This document shows, in pieces, positions 45,173 through 49,421 of a DNA stretch of 49,421 nt (positions are counted from its first letter, which is position 1; each line of letters begins with the position of its first letter). The stretch is from assembly GCA_003554375.1 (NCBI GenBank), contig PWGF01000107.1, positions 1 to 49,421 of the forward strand. The letters are read 5' to 3'. Below the pieces are notes generated by a model. That model was not told where the DNA came from, did no database searches, and was given only the letters and a program-made list of their open reading frames with translations. The translations under genes and the position numbers were made by a program. This stretch comes from Spirochaetaceae bacterium. GTDB lineage: Bacteria; Spirochaetota; Spirochaetia; DSM-27196; SKKC01.

Positions 45173-47091
45173 ATGGTGGTACGACATTCAGCAGTCTCAG
45201 TGCTTGCGACGCTATGCGTTTTGCTCATCGGCTGTGAGCTCCGGACAGAGCCCGAGCCCGAACCCGCGGAACCGGAAGCGCTGGAGATTACCGAAGTAAA
45301 GATAGAAGGGGATATTGAAGGAGATACGGACGGTAGCTCGGCGCCCGCCGAAGAATCTCCCCCGGTGGTCCGGGTTCACTACGACCCCCGGGGAGCGGAC
45401 CGGGTTATACTGGAGCGGCGCTCGCCCGAGGATGTCGGCGAACCGGAGGAGTTCGTTGAAGTATCCGAACGTTCTGATGGGGATGCCTTCGAGGATACCG
45501 GGGAAAACTCGTCCTCCGACGGTCGTCTGCACTGGGGCCGGCGCTACACGTACCGGTTGCGCGGCTATTTTGCCGACACTGACTCCGTATCAGGGGCGCG
45601 TGATGTAGTGCTTCCGGATTTTCGCGAGCCGGGGGCGTTGCGGTGCACGGGGAGGTCATTCAGGCAGGGCAGCCGGATATTGGCGGCCATCTTGTACGGT
45701 GGAATCCCCTCCAAATGTCGGACACGGCAGGGGTTACGTACGATGTGTGGAGAGCAGGCGATGGGGAAGACTCCACAGACTATGAGAAGCTTTCCGACTC
45801 CGAAAACGTTTTTGGCGGAGCAAAGTACGGAGTATGGGCGCGGTTTGTTCCGTGCGATAAGGGTGAGGAGTGCGACGAGTATCGGTACAAGGTGCAGGCG
45901 CGGCACCCTGACTACGGATGGAGCGCTCCCAGTGAGTCCGTGCCCGTTGTCCGTGAGGGTCCGACGGAAGCCGAGCCGGCCGACTACGAGCGCACCTATA
46001 TCGAACGCATCGAGGACTTCGATCAGACCCTGGGTGGCGCGATCGATACCTGTGATGCGAGCGGGAAGGTTTACACGGCATTGCTCGACCGGGAAAACAA
46101 CGCGACCGTGCGGAAGCTTTCGGACGACGAGGGCTGGAGCGTTGTGAACGAGGGTGAGCCGGAGACAACGTCATACCCGGAAGGAGACGAAACGTATCCG
46201 ATCCGGGTGGCGGCCGGTGAGGAGGCCGTCTACGCGGTGACGTGGGATGCGGAGGAAGTTGTTATCTCGAGGTACGAGAACGGTTCCTGGGGCACGGAGA
46301 ACCTTGCCGGGGAAGATGAAGATGCAAACTTCGGGTGGGATTCACGACCCGCGGTGGACATTGCGGTGCACGAAGAGACCCTCTACGCCGCCGTCAGGCT
46401 TCATCCGGACGACGGTGGGGACCTCCTTGTATACGAGTTCGCTGACGGTGAATGGGAGCCGGTTGAAGCCGACGATTCGACTACGATTGCCTCGGGCGAC
46501 CGGCCGATGCGAGACGTGAAACTGACGGCATTGGGGGACGCACTCTACCTTCACTGGCGGGAGATTTTTCGCGGGTCCGCCGCCGGGGACGTGCGCCAGG
46601 AACTGCACATTCGGTTGCTGGACGGGAACTTCTGGGAGCAGAAGCTCGAAGGATGGGAGCAGGCTCCGCTTCGTAGTGTCGAACTCGCGGGGGCCGGCGA
46701 TAAGCTGTTCTTTATGGTCCGAGATCCGCACTCGCCCGGTTATCATGGTGTTGGGGGAGGTATATATCGGGTGGATTCGGCAACGGTGACAGGCCTGACC
46801 GAAGAGGTGGACTGGTTTATGAAGCCTCACTCGATAACCACCGACGAAGTCGGCAACGTCGTGGCGGTTGCCGACGTACAGGACGAAGCCGGCAACGAGT
46901 ACCCGTATCCGGGGCTGTTTCTGTACGACGGCAGCGAGTGGAAGACGGTATCCACTTGTATCGCCGGAGTCACCTCCCCGGTGCAGGTAGCGGCGGACGG
47001 GACGGACATCGTTTACATCGCCGGAGACAGGGTGGATGCGGATGAATACGGCCGACTGACGGGCCTTCAAACGTACAGATTTTCCCCGTAG
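45173..47091 (+). pseudogene. Acidic lipoprotein with beta-propeller-like repeats, split by a frameshift at a G5 run
   Basis: Lipobox VLLIGC at the N-terminus of ORF 45173... That ORF is protein-like only to about 45635. ORF 45643..47091 continues the protein-like sequence, and its frame is open back to 45604. The frames meet at GGGGG 45631-45635. The distal part has repeated ...LYA/VY...GxW... blades. Confidence 0.6.
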
Positions 47092-47219
47092 TAGCAGCGC
47101 CTCAGACTGAGCGAGAGAGGACTGTCTTTCGCTTCCTGCCGAGTCATTAGTAAGCAAGTTTCTCGACACGTACGCGCACGGTGCCACACCTCGGACATGT
47201 GAGGTGGGAGCAACAGTGC

Positions 47220-47248
47220 TTGACGGGAATACCATTGTGAGCTATAGT
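47220..47248 (+). promoter_or_regulatory. Near-consensus sigma70 promoter of the second TetR gene
   Basis: TTGACG (47220-47225), exactly 17 nt, TATAGT (47243-47248). Confidence 0.6.
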
Positions 47249-47256
47249 TTCCTTAG

Positions 47257-47277
47257 ACCGACCGACGGTCGGTCGGT
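47257..47277. promoter_or_regulatory. Perfect 10+1+10 palindrome, candidate TetR operator at the TSS
   Basis: ACCGACCGAC-g-GTCGGTCGGT starts about 9 nt after the -10 box and ends 24 nt before the TetR ATG. Confidence 0.5.
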
Positions 47278-47300
47278 TTCTTAATCATCGAGGAGGGCGT

Positions 47301-47966
47301 ATGGGATCGGACGAGACACGGGATGCGATCGTTCGGGAGTCGGTGAGGCTTTTTTCGGAGCACGGCTACGAGAAGACGACGGTGCAGGCGATTATCGATA
47401 CCGTCGGGATTTCCAAGGGCGCGTTCTATCACCATTTCTCCTCGAAGGAGGAGATCGTGGGAGCGATCACGGAGGGCTACATTGCCGAAGGGCTCGAATA
47501 CATGCATGGAGTCGCGCGCGAGGAGGGCCTCTCGGCGGTGGAGAAGCTGAACCGGCTGATCGAGGTCACCCAACTCTATAAGGTGCAGCGACAGGAGACG
47601 CGCGATGCAATGGATCGGGCGTTCTCCGAAGGCCGGAACCTCAAGCTGGAGACGGCTATAGTCAGACAGCTTCGGGCACATACGGTCCCGCTCTTTGCAC
47701 GGATTCTTCAGGAAGGCATTTCGCGCGGGGAGCTTGAGATCGCCGGCGCCGATGTGCACGCCGAGATCCTGTTTCACCTCCTGCTGGGAATGAAGGAATC
47801 GCTGCGTGAGAAGATGCGGGCCGGAGTGGATTTGGAGACGGTCAATGGGATGCTCGGCGTCTATGAAGATGCCGTGTGCCGCATCCTGACGCTTCCGAAA
47901 GGATCGATCCGTCTGGCCAAACCGTACATGAGCCGCCTCTACGAAACAGAGCAATCACGGGAATAA
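47301..47966 (+). CDS. TetR/AcrR-family transcriptional regulator
   Basis: RDAIVRESVRLFSEHGYEKTTVQAIIDTVGISKGAFYHHFSSKEEI is a TetR HTH. SD GAGGAGGG. Confidence 0.9.
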   Translation: MGSDETRDAIVRESVRLFSEHGYEKTTVQAIIDTVGISKGAFYHHFSSKEEIVGAITEGYIAEGLEYMHGVAREEGLSAVEKLNRLIEVTQLYKVQRQETRDAMDRAFSEGRNLKLETAIVRQLRAHTVPLFARILQEGISRGELEIAGADVHAEILFHLLLGMKESLREKMRAGVDLETVNGMLGVYEDAVCRILTLPKGSIRLAKPYMSRLYETEQSRE

Positions 47967-48000
47967 CAGAGCAATTGCGGGAATAGCGAAGGAGATTTCG

Positions 48001-49421
48001 ATGGCAAATACGACTATTCGTCCACTCAGGGACATTAGCAGAGACGATGGAGCGTTGGCCGGCGGGAAGGCGGTGAACCTCGGTGAGATGATCGGGGCCG
48101 GCTTGCCGGTGCCTGCGGGTTTTGCGGTCCTCACGGGCGCGTATCGCGAGTACCTCCGCGCAGGCGGGCTCGACGCGCGTATACAGGGGGCGCTGTCCGG
48201 GATTTCGGCGGAGGACGCGGAGGACAGCGAAGCGCTCGAGCGCCGGGCGGCCGAGATTCGCGGGTTCTTCGAGGATACGCCGGTTTCGGAGCATCTGCGT
48301 AGCGAGATCGCTTCCGCATACGCCGAGCTCGGGGGCGGCGAGGAGGCTACGGTTGCCGTTCGTTCCTCGGCGACCGCGGAGGACCTTCCGGGTATGTCGT
48401 TTGCCGGGCAATACGACAGCTTTCTGAACGTGACGGGGCTCGACGAGCTTCTAAAGCGCGTCGTGCAGTGTTGGGCCTCACTCTGGACGGCGCGAGCGCT
48501 CTCATATCGCCTGAAGCAGGGGATCGGCAATGACGACCTTGCGCATACGGTTATCGTTCAGCGCCTGGTGCATGCCGAGAAATCGGGCGTTCTCTTTAGC
48601 GCCAATCCACTAAACGGCCGCCGTGACCAGCTTCTGGTGAACTCGTCGTGGGGTCTTGGGGAGGCGATCGTGAGCGGAGAGGTCGATCCCGACCAGTGGG
48701 TCATCTCACGCTCCGGCGGCGCCGTGCTCGAGAGCCGGACCGGCGAAAAGCAAGTCATGACGGTGCGAACGGCTCGCGGAGTCGAGCAGAGGCCGGTGTC
48801 CGACGACGCGTGCACTGTTCCGACTCTTTCGGCTGCGGAGCTGCGCCGGCTCCACGAGCTGGCGGAGAAGGCCGAGCGTCACTTTGGCGAGCCGCAGGAT
48901 ATCGAGTGGAGCTACGCGGAGGGCCGGTTCCATCTGGTACAGTCGCGGCCGATCACAAGCCTGTACCCTGTACCCGAGACCGAGCCGGGGAAGCCGGGGG
49001 TGCGTCTCTACATCAACTTCAACAACTACTCCCAGGCGATGCCGGAGCCGTTCACCACGATGGGTGAAGACCTTGTGCGCACCGCGGTCCGGAATATCCG
49101 TCGGCGGCTCGGACCGAAGAAGATCCCGGAGAACAGCCTGTGGTATCTCAAGACGGCAGGCGGGAGGCTGTTCATCGACATTACGCCGTTCCTCCGGAGC
49201 GAGAGGTTTTGGAACAAGTTCCGGAATCCGGACGCCACGGACAAGGATCCGGTCACGACCGGTGCAATCCTTCAGTACCTGGAGGCCAATCGTGACGAGG
49301 TGCTGTCGCACCGGGAATCGGTTTCGTACCTGAAGGTGATCAACCCGCGACTGCTCCGCTACCTCTGGCGCGCCTGGCGCGAGTACTCATACGGGAAGCG
49401 CCATCCGGTGGAGGCGCGGCA
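48001..49421 (+). CDS. PEP-utilising enzyme (PpsA N-terminal / rifampicin-phosphotransferase-like ATP-grasp domain), 3' partial
   Basis: Not in the supplied ORF track because it has no stop in the window. Hand translation from ATG 48001 (SD AAGGAG at 47988-47993) gives MANTTIRPLRDIS..ALAGGKAVNLGEM..GLPVPAGFAVLTGAY...VAVRSSATAEDLPGMSFAGQYDSFLNV...WASLWTARALSYR...VIVQRLVHAEKSGVLFSANP...SSWGLGEAIVSGEV...QDIEWSY..GRFHLVQSRPIT, open to the window end. Confidence 0.85.
   Translation, partial: MANTTIRPLRDISRDDGALAGGKAVNLGEMIGAGLPVPAGFAVLTGAYREYLRAGGLDARIQGALSGISAEDAEDSEALERRAAEIRGFFEDTPVSEHLRSEIASAYAELGGGEEATVAVRSSATAEDLPGMSFAGQYDSFLNVTGLDELLKRVVQCWASLWTARALSYRLKQGIGNDDLAHTVIVQRLVHAEKSGVLFSANPLNGRRDQLLVNSSWGLGEAIVSGEVDPDQWVISRSGGAVLESRTGEKQVMTVRTARGVEQRPVSDDACTVPTLSAAELRRLHELAEKAERHFGEPQDIEWSYAEGRFHLVQSRPITSLYPVPETEPGKPGVRLYINFNNYSQAMPEPFTTMGEDLVRTAVRNIRRRLGPKKIPENSLWYLKTAGGRLFIDITPFLRSERFWNKFRNPDATDKDPVTTGAILQYLEANRDEVLSHRESVSYLKVINPRLLRYLWRAWREYSYGKRHPVEAR

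Noticed and set aside
1-49421. Search for CRISPR arrays, tRNA/rRNA genes, integrase or transposase genes, and reverse transcriptases
   Set aside because: I saw no regularly spaced repeat array, no cloverleaf-compatible conserved tRNA motifs in the intergenic regions, and no ORF with recombinase, transposase or RT motifs. The absence is based on reading by eye and should be confirmed with tRNAscan-SE, Infernal and ISEScan.

Overview
High-GC (about 65-70%) chromosomal segment from a diderm bacterium. Many proteins are acidic or carry Gly/Ala/Asp/Ser/Arg-rich low-complexity inserts. I found no rRNA, tRNA or CRISPR array. Housekeeping content, in order: a five-gene Opp/Dpp-type peptide ABC importer (1-5129); an amidohydrolase; pdxS-pdxT; a sulfur module of an SQR-like flavoprotein, a DsrE-like protein and a cysteine desulfurase (10901-13868, minus strand), plus a separate ArsR-rhodanese fusion regulator (17226-17909); a TetR-linked envelope module of an RND-superfamily exporter, a LolA-like protein and an outer-membrane beta-barrel (19198-25523); an AddB/AddA-like nuclease-helicase pair (25727-32639); a TPP riboswitch driving ykoF-E-D-C thiamine/HMP ECF transporter genes (40037-44639); and a TetR gene followed by a PEP-utilising-enzyme gene that runs off the window and is missing from the ORF track (48001-49421). 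Between these lie many addiction-type modules: two HEPN/MNT pairs, Phd/VapC, VapB/VapC, MazE/MazF, and a nucleotidyltransferase-fold gene with a small partner. There are also several decayed genes: a truncated S66 LD-carboxypeptidase, a C-terminal fragment of a Dnd-associated methyltransferase-family gene, an MNT gene with an in-frame TGA, and two genes split at G-homopolymer runs. Several sigma70-like promoters (TTGAC-N17-TAnnnT) can be read directly, three with adjacent palindromic operators. Two toxin-antitoxin (TA) promoters sit so close to the ATG that the transcripts look leaderless. A 164-bp element with perfect 19-bp terminal inverted repeats and 12-bp flanking direct repeats lies just upstream of addB. 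No single clear-cut new multi-gene system is demonstrable from sequence alone. The best candidates for follow-up are the eroded TA/defence-like island at 33.7-39.8 kb, the TetR-controlled RND/LolA-like/beta-barrel module, the ArsR-rhodanese plus sqr-dsrE-nifS sulfur circuit, and the MITE-like element.
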